A program made the position numbers and the translations under genes. Under the pieces are notes generated by a model, which was not told where the DNA came from, did no database searches, and worked only from the letters and a program-made list of their open reading frames with translations. A DNA stretch of 30,624 bases from Folioceros fuciformis. Taxonomy: Eukaryota. The stretch covers positions 113,034 to 143,657 of the forward strand of contig JBNGIO010006139.1 of assembly GCA_049999805.1 (NCBI GenBank). Reading direction: 5' to 3'. Shown here one piece after another: positions 9,342-19,813 of this stretch (position 1 is the first letter of the stretch; each line of letters opens with the position of its first letter).

Positions 9342-9790
9342 TTGTGGAGGACGGCATTCCTGGACATTTTGCGAACATCGCTGGTTTTAGAAATAAAGAG
9401 GTCCTAAACAGCTTGCTTCCGGCCTTTCTCGACCCCAAGACTTACCCTTCTGCTTGACGAAAGCATGCACTGAAGGCGAACGACAACAATGAATGAAAGC
9501 ACTTCACTGTACCTCAACCGCAAGCATCGAATAAGAACGTTCGCACTCGCAAGTATGGGATAAGAACATCCTTCGGACTGAAGGGAAACAGCAGGTGGAG
9601 TGACGGGAGGTGGAGGTAGAACGTGAACGTCAGAGTCACCGAATAAGATCATCGGAAGCTGAAGGTTCACACTTCCAGGAGATGCCACGTAGAAATGCGT
9701 ACTTGGCAAGCTCCGAGCGATCAAACCTAGCTATGTTCTTGGCAAGGCTTGTCTTTTCTCCTGTTGGATTCTGAACATGAGGGAAATCCG

Positions 9791-12700
9791 ATGGCTGGAC
9801 GCCGGGCTCTAAAGGCCTTGCCTTGCCGCGGGAAGTCTTTGTGCGCATCGATGGGTTGTTTGCGGAGTAAAATGTTGGTGGTAGCTGGAGTGCTGGGTGT
9901 GTTAGTCGTGCTCGCCGGATGGGCTCCTGTGGCAGGCGGGTCATCCAATTACCTGATAGGTGTGGGAAGCTTCGACGTAACGGGCCCTGCTGCCGATGTC
10001 AACATGATGGGCTACGCGAATCCCACGCAAAATGCAGCTGGGATTCACTTCAGGCTGCGGTCGCGGGCTTTCATCGTTGCCGAGCCTGGCACCAATTCCT
10101 CGGATGGAAAGAGGGTTGTCTTTGTGAATGTCGATGCTTGTATGGGTGCCCAAGTTGTAGCTCTGCATGTCTTTGAACGGCTCAAGGCGAGGTGATTGCT
10201 CCCCTGCCTTGTTTAGTATTGTAGGCTACGGTACTGTGCTGGGTGGGTGTTGATGGACTGGATGTCGACTGATTGGCAGGTATGGCGATATGTACTCGGA
10301 GAAAAATGTGGCCATCAGTGGGATCCACACTCATTCAGGGCCCGGCGGGTATCTTCAGTATGTTCTCTACATCGTGACGTCTCTGGGCTTTGTCCGCCAG
10401 TCATTTGATGCCCTTGTGGATGGCATTGAGAACAGTATTGTACAAGCCCATGAAAATCTGAGGCCGGGATCCTTGTTCATCAACAAGGGTGAGTCCACTG
10501 CTTGTTCGTGTACATGTTGGCTATCCATCAGGAGGAGGAGGAGGTGCGGATGAGCATCGAGCTAATGGCTTTCTTTGGCTGGCAGCGTTGGCTTTGACTG
10601 TTGGACTTGTTCGATTGCTTTTCTTGTGAGAGTTGAGCTACCCATCTGTCCCTCATGTCATGTGGAACCTCAGTGGTGTTCTTGTATGAGGTCTTCTCTG
10701 TACTCAAAGAAGCTTGTTGTCTGCTAGAAAGTCACATTCCTTACTGAACGAAGGCTGGGGTTGGCAATAGATTGGTCATGAGCAAAGGGTGACGTACATG
10801 ATGACCAACCCCCTGGGCTGCGTTGCAGGGGAGCTGCTTGAGGCGAACATCAACCGTAGCCCGAGTGCGTATTTAAATAACCCAGCCGAGGAACGAGCGA
10901 AGTACGATCATGATGTTGACAAGGAGATGACCCTGGTGAAGTTTGTCGATGAGGAATGGGGTGAAGTTGGGGCCTTGAGCTGGTTTCCAGTTCATTGTAC
11001 TTCGATGAACAGGACGAATGTACTCATCAGTGGCGACAACAAAGGGGCTGCCTCACGGTTCATGGAAGACTGGTTCAAGCAGAAGACGGCTAGTCATCCA
11101 TTTGCAGAAGAAGCCACAATCGACAAGAGTTCTCAGAATGGCTTTCTGTTTGATGTTGCAAGAACGCGTTCCCGGCGGGTTTCGAAGGCTACACCAAGAT
11201 GGTTTCACTTACATGGTACGTCACACTGACTGATTCAGAGCAAAATATTTCAGGCGGTCAACAAGAAGGTGGGAATCTTGAACAAGCTACATGTCCATGA
11301 CGTTACAGAAAGCAAGAGGCCGATGGAGATGGCACTAAGCATGCCAAGCCCCGGTGGTAAACCCAGCACGAAGCTGTCCAACTTGCTACATCGAGTGAGG
11401 AGCAGCTACAAGGATTCCTTGAGGCCACCTTTTGTGGCAGCGTTTGCTCAGAGTAATGTTGGGGATACAAGTCCCAACGTGTTGGGGGCTTTCTGTGATG
11501 ATACCGGTCTACCTTGTGATTTCAATACAAGTACCTGCAGTGGACAGAACGAGCTGTGCAACGGACGTGGTCCAGGGTATCTTTTGCAAAGCCTCATCTC
11601 CTCTTGACGGAAAGTCGTGTTTTTTGTATCCTTATTGCTGCCTATGCTTAGGTCTGTCAGCCAACAAAATGCTCGTCATGGATTGTCCTGGTTGGCCTTA
11701 TTTGCCTTGCCAGCTATCCAGGGGATCATTTTCTGAGCACCAAAATCATCGGTGAGCGGCAAGCTCAACGAGCATTGCAGCTGTTCAAGGACGCGAAAGA
11801 GCAGCTACTTGGAGGTGTTGACTATAGGCAGACGTACTTGGACATGACTGGAGTTCAAGTGACACTGCCTTCAGGAGAGGTAGTAAGAACGTGCCCCGCT
11901 GCTGTGGGGTTTAGTTTTGCTGCTGGCACAACAGATGGTCCTGGAGCATTCGATTTCAAGCAGGGTGATGCACAGGTACCTAATCTCCCTTATCATAAGT
12001 CTGTCAACCACAAAGTTCTGGATGTTGAGTATTGCTGGTCTCCTGTCGTGGACTTGCCGTTGATTGCTGGGCAATGGCCACATGCAGGGAAATCCCTTTT
12101 GGAAGCTTGTGGGTGGAGCATTGAAAACCCCAACAAGTAAGCAAGTGGAGTGCCAGAAGCCCAAACCAATCCTGATCGATACAGGAGAAATGACAACCCC
12201 TTACGATTGGGCGGTATGGCCGGCCCTTAACAACCATTCCACTGCCCTTCGAATCTCGATTTTGCTTAAATGAACTGCGGTTTAGCAATAGTGGCTTGTG
12301 GGCTGCAGACAGTCTGAATGAAGTGTTTGATGCCCTGACAGTCTCTGGTTGTCGCGTTGTGTGCCAGCCATCGGTTCTTCCCATTCAGATACTCAGAGTT
12401 GGACAACTGATTATTCTATCCGTGCCAGGAGGTGAGTTACAGCACACAGTTCCCCAATCCATGAAGCTCACTTTGTTCAGCTGTACAAATGGTGCAGATG
12501 ATGTGCAGAGTTTACAACCATGGCTGGGCGTCGTTTGCGAGATGCTGTGAAGAATGTATTGATCCAGAACTCAGGAGCAGAATTCAAAAATGCACATGTT
12601 GTGATTGCGGGGCTTACCAATGGCTATTCTCAGTATGTCACCACATTTGAAGAATACCAAATTCAGCGATACGAGGTGAGGACTCGAAGGCTCCTTCCGC

Positions 12701-13315
12701 TTTGTTGCAGAAAAAGTTTACTGGAGAACGAATTTGGCTGAAACCAGTGTTACTGGCAAACAGGGAGCATCAACATTGTTTGGTCCTCATACTTTGAGTG
12801 CCTACATACAAGAGTTCGAGAAGCTGGCCTCAGCTTTGGTGAAGGACACCACTGTTCCCAACGGGCCTGCACCTCCTGATTTGCTCAGTAAGCAGATATC
12901 ACTTCTTCCGGGTGTCCTGACCGATGCCACCCCCAGTGGAGTGAACTTCGGGGACGTGAAGCAGGACGTCGTCAGAGGTTCAACCTTCTTTCCTGGGGAC
13001 ACAGTGGAAGTAGTTTTCTACACCGGATGTCCCCGAAATGATCTCTATACAGAGGGCACGTATGCTTTGGTACAGTCATTTGATGCCACCAAGGGTTTGT
13101 GGTATGATATGTATGATGACGATGACTGGTGTGTCCAGTTCCTCTGGAATAGGCCGTCACAGCTGAGTCCTCAGAGCTTTGCCACCATCAGGTGGGAGAT
13201 TCCAGACACAGCTCTTCCAGGTGTCTACCGAATCCGACATTTTGGAGCTTACAAGTACATATGGACATCGGTGAAGCATTTCAGTGGCACATCCAGCTCG
13301 TTCGTAGTCTCTTGA
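9791..13315 (+). CDS. NCER: Neutral ceramidase, about 9 exons, N-terminal signal/anchor
   Basis: Exons 9791-10191, 10280-10488, 10829-~11180, ~11240/11254-11576, 11714-11975, 12088-12213, 12368-12431, 12509-12675, 12764-13315 (the exon 3/4 junction is uncertain). Motifs GSFDVTGPAADVNMMGYA, HTHSGPGG, VHCTSM, catalytic GDTSPN, GTTDGPG, PGEFTTMAGRR, YEGASTLFGP. Confidence 0.93.
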
Positions 13316-13793
13316 ATGCTTGCGCCTGGCAGCTAATTGCACAGCAGGCCCTGACGTCATCTTTTGTTTTGGGCTTCTAGGCTGGGCTTATTTCATGTAA
13401 ATTGTAAGTTTATCTCTTGGTTCTCTGTAACATGGAAACCTTTGTGGAAGGCTAGATTGCTAGCAACTGCATTTTAGCAAACCTCTTCTGTGAATGGAAT
13501 GCTACGGATCCGAGTGTGTAGAAATGTCGCAATTCTTTCAGTGGACTTCAATCCTGGCTCTCCCACGCTGCATTCCCTTTCTCTTACCATCAAAGGAGAA
13601 GAAGAAAGAGTAGACCCATTCCTTTCCTCATACCATCAAAGGAGATTCTTGAAGAAAGAGTGGATACGAACTGGATAGAGCAGGGAAGAAAACGAATTTG
13701 CACGGCAGTCCAAGTCCATGAGGAGGGTGAGGTGAGGAGCACGTTCGCCCTAGGCCACGGCCGCCGTAGCATTACCTTGGCTACTTTGAGTCC

Positions 13794-16328
13794 ATGATGA
13801 GCAAGGCCCTGCTTGGAATTGCTACCGTGTTGCAACCAGGCCTGCCCGTTCAAGGGAGTGTCGGGCATGGCAAAGACTGTGTAGGAAGGATCTTTTCTAG
13901 GATCTCTCGTGGAAACAGTTCGTCCTTGGGGATGTACTCTGGTGGCATAGTAGATCACTCTCTCAGGGCAAACGGCTTATACAGGCCAGATTGGTTGACT
14001 TTGCAGCTAGCTGCGGTGGGTGCGGTTGTCTCTGGACGGGAAATGGGTGTGATGGATGAAACCGTGGGCAAACTGTGTAAGTTGGGGCACCTGGATGAGG
14101 CCGTTGAGGCTTTGGAAGTTTTGGTGCTGACAAAAGATCGTGATTTTGAAACTCTCATGTACACTTTGATCAAGCTATGTGTGGCTAAGAGGAATCTGGT
14201 TGTGGGTCGGCGAGTACACGCTCTTTCCGTGAAAATGGGGTATGAATCGGCCACGTTCTTGTGCAACCACATCCTGCGGATGTATGCATCGCATGCCAGG
14301 TTGCAGGAAGCGATGGATGTGTTCAGCCTGGTTGCTAATCCAGATGCATTTACATGGTCTGCCATAATTTCTGCGCATGCCCAAGGTGGAGAAGTTCGGC
14401 TCGCCATAGAGCTATATCATCGGATGCGTAGGACAAGTGTGAATCCCGATAGCCATGTGTTTGTAGCAGCCCTGCAGGCTTGTGCGAGAGGAAAGGACTT
14501 GAAGCACGGGCAGCAGGTGCATGCTGATGTTTTGGCCAGTGGGTTTGAGGCGGGTTTGTCTGTGTGTAATGCGTTGGTGGACATGTATGCAAAGTGCGGC
14601 TCGCTGGAAGAAGCACAGAGAGTGTTTGATGGAGTCAATCAGAAGGATGTTGTGACGTGGACTGCTCTCATGTCTGGATATTCCCAGCAATGTATGGGTC
14701 AAGAAGCCCTTCATCTCTACAGTGCCATGCAAGAGGAAGGCATCGCTGAACCCAATTCTGTGACTTTTGTGTGCCTCCTGCAGGCATGTGCGAGCCTGGG
14801 CGTCCCGGCTTTGGAGAAGGGTAGGCAACTTCATGCTCAGATTGGGGAACAAGGACTGCACACTGATGTGCTTGTAGGTTGCAGCCTGGTAAATATGTAT
14901 GCAAAATGTGGCAGTCTACAGGACGCTCGGCTAGTGTTTGAAAAGCTTCCCCATAAAGACGTGGTGACATGGACTGCTCTGATTGCAGGATATTCTCAAC
15001 AGGGCATGGGTCAGGAGGCCATTCAACTTCACAATGCAATGCAGCGAGAAGGCAACGGTGCGCCGGATTCTGTGACATTTGTGTGCCTGTTGCAAGCATG
15101 TGCGAGTGTGGGTATCCTAGCTTTAGGGAAGGGAAAGGAACTTCACATAGAGATAAACCAACGAGGACTTCAAGCTGATGTTAGTGTAGGTAACAATTTG
15201 GTAAACATGTATGCAAAGTGTGGCAGCCTGCAGGATGCTCAGGCCGTGTTTGACAGCATGGGGCAGAAAAATGCGGTTACCTGGAATGCCATGATAGCAG
15301 GATACTCCCAGCAGGGCATGGCGTTGGAAGCTCTTCGTCTGTACAGTGCCATGCGGCAGGAAGGTGCCGCCGCCCCTGACTCGGTGACATTCTTGTGCCT
15401 CCTGGATGCATGTGCGAGTGTTGCTGCCATACACGCAGGAAGGCAGCTTCACGCTGAGATTGTGGAACAAGGACTTCACACAGATGCGTTCGTAGCCATC
15501 AGTGTGATGAAAATGTATGCCAGGTCTGGTAGCATGGCTGATGCACAGCAGGTGTTCGATGCACTGCTCGAACGAGACATTGTTGCCTGGAGTGCGCTGA
15601 TCGCAGGATACACTTGTCAAGCAGACAGTAAAGCGGCCTTCGACTTGTTCCACAGAATGAGAGAAGACGGCGTACAGCCAGACGGCGTCACGTTCACTAG
15701 TCTTCTCACAGCATGCAGTCATGCTGGTCTAGTACACCAGGGTCAGGAGTACTTCGAGTCTATGCACAGAGACTATGGCATCCGCCCCACCGTGGAACAC
15801 TACTCCTGCATGGTGGATCTCCTGGGTCGAGCAGGCCAACTCGAGGATGCTCTAGCGCTGGTGCTGACTATGCCAGTGCAGGCTGACATTGCCATTTGGC
15901 ACACTCTGTTGGGTGCCTGCCAAAAGTGGTGCAACGTGGAGGTGGGAAGCCATGCCTTTCGTGCAGCAGTGAGGTTAGACGAAAAGGATGCAACACCCTT
16001 TGTGATCATGTCCAACATATATTCCGATGCTGGAATGTGGGAAGAGGCTCAGGAGTTGCAGGCTATGAGAACAGGAATTTGGGCATGGAAGGAGGCTGGG
16101 CAGAGCTGGTGGACAGACACAGACGGGCTTGTTCACATTTTCGTGGCTGACGATAGAACACATCCAGAAAGTGGAGCTTTGTATCAGAGGATCCATCAGC
16201 TTCTTTCCCAAATAAAGGACGGAGGGGACACGTGGATTGCTAACGTCCGACATATAGGACGCAGATCAAATGAACGCTGTAAGATGAGTCGTCGTACATC
16301 CAATGCAGCTAAGTTTGTGGCCACCTAA
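13794..16328 (+). CDS. PLS-class PPR protein with E1/E2 and truncated WW-type (E+) C-terminus
   Basis: 844-aa intronless ORF with a P-L-S array, P2-L2-S2 (HYSCMVDLLGRAG) and E1/E2, followed by KEAGQSWWTDTDGLVHIFVADDRTHP. No in-frame HxE/CxxC or terminal DYW. Confidence 0.95.
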   Translation: MMSKALLGIATVLQPGLPVQGSVGHGKDCVGRIFSRISRGNSSSLGMYSGGIVDHSLRANGLYRPDWLTLQLAAVGAVVSGREMGVMDETVGKLCKLGHLDEAVEALEVLVLTKDRDFETLMYTLIKLCVAKRNLVVGRRVHALSVKMGYESATFLCNHILRMYASHARLQEAMDVFSLVANPDAFTWSAIISAHAQGGEVRLAIELYHRMRRTSVNPDSHVFVAALQACARGKDLKHGQQVHADVLASGFEAGLSVCNALVDMYAKCGSLEEAQRVFDGVNQKDVVTWTALMSGYSQQCMGQEALHLYSAMQEEGIAEPNSVTFVCLLQACASLGVPALEKGRQLHAQIGEQGLHTDVLVGCSLVNMYAKCGSLQDARLVFEKLPHKDVVTWTALIAGYSQQGMGQEAIQLHNAMQREGNGAPDSVTFVCLLQACASVGILALGKGKELHIEINQRGLQADVSVGNNLVNMYAKCGSLQDAQAVFDSMGQKNAVTWNAMIAGYSQQGMALEALRLYSAMRQEGAAAPDSVTFLCLLDACASVAAIHAGRQLHAEIVEQGLHTDAFVAISVMKMYARSGSMADAQQVFDALLERDIVAWSALIAGYTCQADSKAAFDLFHRMREDGVQPDGVTFTSLLTACSHAGLVHQGQEYFESMHRDYGIRPTVEHYSCMVDLLGRAGQLEDALALVLTMPVQADIAIWHTLLGACQKWCNVEVGSHAFRAAVRLDEKDATPFVIMSNIYSDAGMWEEAQELQAMRTGIWAWKEAGQSWWTDTDGLVHIFVADDRTHPESGALYQRIHQLLSQIKDGGDTWIANVRHIGRRSNERCKMSRRTSNAAKFVAT

Positions 16329-16491
16329 TGTCAGCAGTTTGTCGTGGTCACACTCATGTGGTCCATCAACAGCTGCCTGCCACCTAATGGCTGTCTATGA
16401 CATCGAGCCCTACGACTTGGGCACCACCACTCAGTCCAAATCGCCCGCCACACTTCACTGCACGCAGAAGAGTCGAGGTCCTGCAGAATAG

Positions 16492-17288
16492 ATGGCACCA
16501 ATACCCGGACTGCACATGCACCATGTGGCTCGGGAGACGGAGGATGTAGAGCGGCTTGTGAAATTCTACACAGAGGTTGTGCGCAACAAACCGGGGTAGG
16601 TGGGCAGAAGCGGGTCTGTGAAGATGACTGAATGTTGTGAACGATGCAGGTCTTGGGTTTTCAGAAAATCGAAACTCCAGATTTCGGATCGCTCAACGTG
16701 GTGTGGTTAGAATTGCCCCCATCCTACTCGCTACACATCATTGAGCGCAACCCCAAGACCTGCTTGCCAGAGGGCCCGTTCTCTGCTGTCAAGGAAGCAA
16801 GGCACGATGGAGTCAGCGTCACTCAGCACATTCAGTCGCCTTCAGTCTCAAGAAGTTGCTGACAGTGCTCTGCATTGGGTGGTGGCAGGAAGGAGGAGAG
16901 TGCCTTGCCCTACGGCCACCACTTGTGCTTCAGCATTTCAGACTACTCTAAAGCTATCGCGATCCTCAAGGTAGGTGTGGTAGGATGTCTGCCACCAGCT
17001 CACGCACCCACTGGTGCACTACAGGCTAACATCGTCCCCTGATCTCTGGCAGGAGAAGCAGGTCCCCTACTTTGAGAAGGTTCTACTGGGAGGCAAGGTC
17101 AAGCAAGTCTTCTTCTTCGACCCCGATGGTATGTGCTGGAAGATCCATCATCTTGAACTCCGATGTAGATCTGAATTCAAGATAAGTCACATTTGCACAA
17201 GGAGCATTCATCTATGTTCCTTGACACAGGTAATGGCTTGGAATTAGCCGACTGGCCTCCAGAGGTACACTCTCTGCAATGTTGTTGA
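16492..17288 (+). CDS. Glyoxalase I-like / VOC-family protein, 5 exons
   Basis: Exons 16492-16575, 16650-~16810, ~16889-16970, 17053-17128, 17230-17288 (the exon 2/3 junction is uncertain). Motifs HHVARETEDVERLVKFYTEVLGF, LHIIER, GHHLCF, QVFFFDPDGNGLEL. Confidence 0.88.
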
Positions 17289-17830
17289 GCTTCTGCCCAG
17301 AGCTGTCCCAGCTCGGTGATGTACCACGTTCTGCTGAGATCTTGCCAACTGATGAGAAAGTAGTACAATGTTTCTAGCTGAAGGGGATTTTAGCCTGACT
17401 TTACTTTAAGGCAGCATTAGTAAGCATAACAAAGTCAGAAATAAAGTTCCTGTGGTATTTATGTATCAAATGGGTGGAATTATTGTAGCAAAAATTGTTG
17501 CAGGCAAACATATCACTGCGTCGACAAGTCTGTCTCAATCGTCTATGAGGAGCAAGACACATCTCTGAGCAGGAAGGGATGTCTATGAGCAGGAAGTCAT
17601 GCAATAAAGTTATCAAACTGCACAAGGAAGGACAACATGTTGTAGCAAACACTGTCGCAGACAAGTGTGCGTTTCACTGCATCCATCAATCTGTCGCAAG
17701 CATGTTTCGTATTTACAGAGCACAATCTCTTCTACGCTATTCTACACCACTCAAAGAACTCCTCCCTCACACGAGGTCACGTATCAACACCAGCATAGAG
17801 GCATTACCAAACCCCGCGGATCCCAGCTCG

Positions 17831-18457
17831 CTACTCCGCGGCAGTGGCATCACCTCCCTGCTCTCCGCCCCGGTTCTTGAGCCAGATATCCAAAGTAAGG
17901 GCCGAAGCGAATGCGACCCAGGCCAGGTACGGCTTGAGCAGATTGGCAGCGACGTGGTTAGCAGGCTTGAAGGCAGCAATCGTAGCTGCCAACACCACAA
18001 CCAGAGCCACAATATCCACCACGGCCAGAGTGATATTCCGAACACCGAAGAAGAGAGCCGGCCAGAGCAGATTAAGCACGAGCTGCAGCGCGTAGAGAGA
18101 CAGCGGCTGGCTCTGCCGCTTCCACCCGCCTTCCACCCAAACCAGCCAGGACGCCAGCCCCATGAGCGGGTACAAGATGCTCCAGGCGGCCCCGAACAGC
18201 CAGCCCGGGGGATTCCACCACGGCTTCTTGAGATCCGTGTACCACTGCGAGGTAGGACTGTTGATGACCGAGTCCACTATCCCAGCCACCAGGGGGATGG
18301 CAACCGCTACGGCCAGGGTTCGGAGACCTCCTTTCGTAGCAGCTGCGGTCCCCGCCGCCCTAGCCCGGGCCTCCTTCACATCGCCACGCTCCTTCACTTG
18401 CTCCTCTCCGGCTGCAACATCCTGCCGCACCCGCTGCACCAGGCCCTCAGCGTTCAT
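17831..18457 (-). CDS. TSPO: TspO/MBR translocator protein (an in-frame upstream ATG at 18631 could add 58 aa)
   Basis: Signature segments WYTDLKKPWWNPPGWLFGAAWSILYPLMGLASWLVW, QLVLNLLWPALFFG and LLKPYLAWVAFA. A TATAAA at ~18658-18653 sits so close to ATG 18631 that the second ATG is favoured. Confidence 0.92.
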   Translation of the reverse strand: MNAEGLVQRVRQDVAAGEEQVKERGDVKEARARAAGTAAATKGGLRTLAVAVAIPLVAGIVDSVINSPTSQWYTDLKKPWWNPPGWLFGAAWSILYPLMGLASWLVWVEGGWKRQSQPLSLYALQLVLNLLWPALFFGVRNITLAVVDIVALVVVLAATIAAFKPANHVAANLLKPYLAWVAFASALTLDIWLKNRGGEQGGDATAAE

Positions 18458-19813
18458 CTTCGGAGTCCTGAGCTGTTCAAACTGCGAGCTCCGTCGGACG
18501 TGGACAGGAGGACGCCGATCCCGGTGCGTGCCAAGACAAGTGGACGATCTGCAGCTTCGCCTGGAGATGGCCAATGCAGGAATCGGATGCGAGACAGCGC
18601 TCAATTCCCTGGTCAAGATCGAGACTGCCATGTCGCTGCGATCGTGTCCAACATTTATACAGCGGATGCGTCGAAGAATTCACCATGGCGACAACAGCGA
18701 TCCCAGGTGTCGCGTCCAACTGGCGAGCTCCTCCTTGTCCCCCGCGTGGCAGCTCTGGGAACATGCGCTGGTGGAGACACATAGGCCAAACCTGGCCGCC
18801 ATCTATTGGCTAACTACCCTTCCAATGCGTCTATGAAACTAAACTAACTTCGACCTAACAGTTAACTAAACTAACTAGTTATCCTGGTGTGAATTATAGT
18901 CATCCGAAATTGATTTGACAATTCAGTTCAGGGGAACTAAATGATTCTCTGTGTGACTCTGATTCGCGTGCTTCTGTTGGACCCCCAGTTATCCCCTTGC
19001 TGTCCCGCCGTATGCGGCCCGACAGCTGGCATCTCTACGTACATTACGTTTGGGTACTAACTATGTAGTTGCGTATATGTGCAGTCCTCAAGACGGGTAT
19101 GCAAACTTGTTAATGTATTCTTGTGCTTCGGCTGTGGCCACAGACTTGTTGGACAGCCTTTGGCTTTTGCCGTCCCGGGAATGCGCCTCCTCCGTCAGCT
19201 AGGGAATCTGCGGTTTCGTGGAGACACACCGGAATTGGGGATTGTCTCGGTCTGAGGTACCTAAGCGTGGCTTCGGTGAGTGCGTGTGTGATTCAGGTTA
19301 CTTGCTGCAGATCCCTTCATGGATTGCTTGTGGATGTGGAGTCATGTGGTTTGAAGCTGCACAGCGGACGACTGGAGCAATCGGGGTGTTGTCGAAAGCT
19401 GTAATGTATTCTTTTGCTTAGGTTTGTGAAAGAAGGATTGGTGGATGATCCTGACGTTCAGGAGGAGAGTGGAGTGGAGTTAGGATAGCAGAGCAAAAGC
19501 GGCTGATTTAGCTGAGGATGTGTGCGTTTCGGTGCTGTTTCATAGATGAGGTGCGACCGGATTCTGATGGTCGGAGTTCCCTTGCCATAGAAGGAATCTT
19601 CACATCGGGAGTCCAATTTTTTAGCGAGGGCCAAATCGCTCAGGTGAAGGAGGGAATCGGGAGGCCGGGTGCAGTCAGAGGGAACGCAGGTGTAGCGGCG
19701 GGGTCGGGAGAGTGTACTGGAGCAGCAGGCGAGGGGGGTGGTGAGGGATCGGGAACAAGTGTTTTGGGACTACCCCTGTGGCCAAGACGGGGAACTCACA
19801 GAATCGCGTCCTA

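Noticed and set aside
16316-16324. Out-of-frame CGH after the PPR E+ end as a DYW 'CGHSE' relic
   Set aside because: Followed by LMSA rather than SEKLA, spacing is too long, and there is no downstream CxxC; likely chance.
17579-18784. 401-aa plus-strand ORF
   Set aside because: Antisense shadow of the GC-rich TSPO gene.
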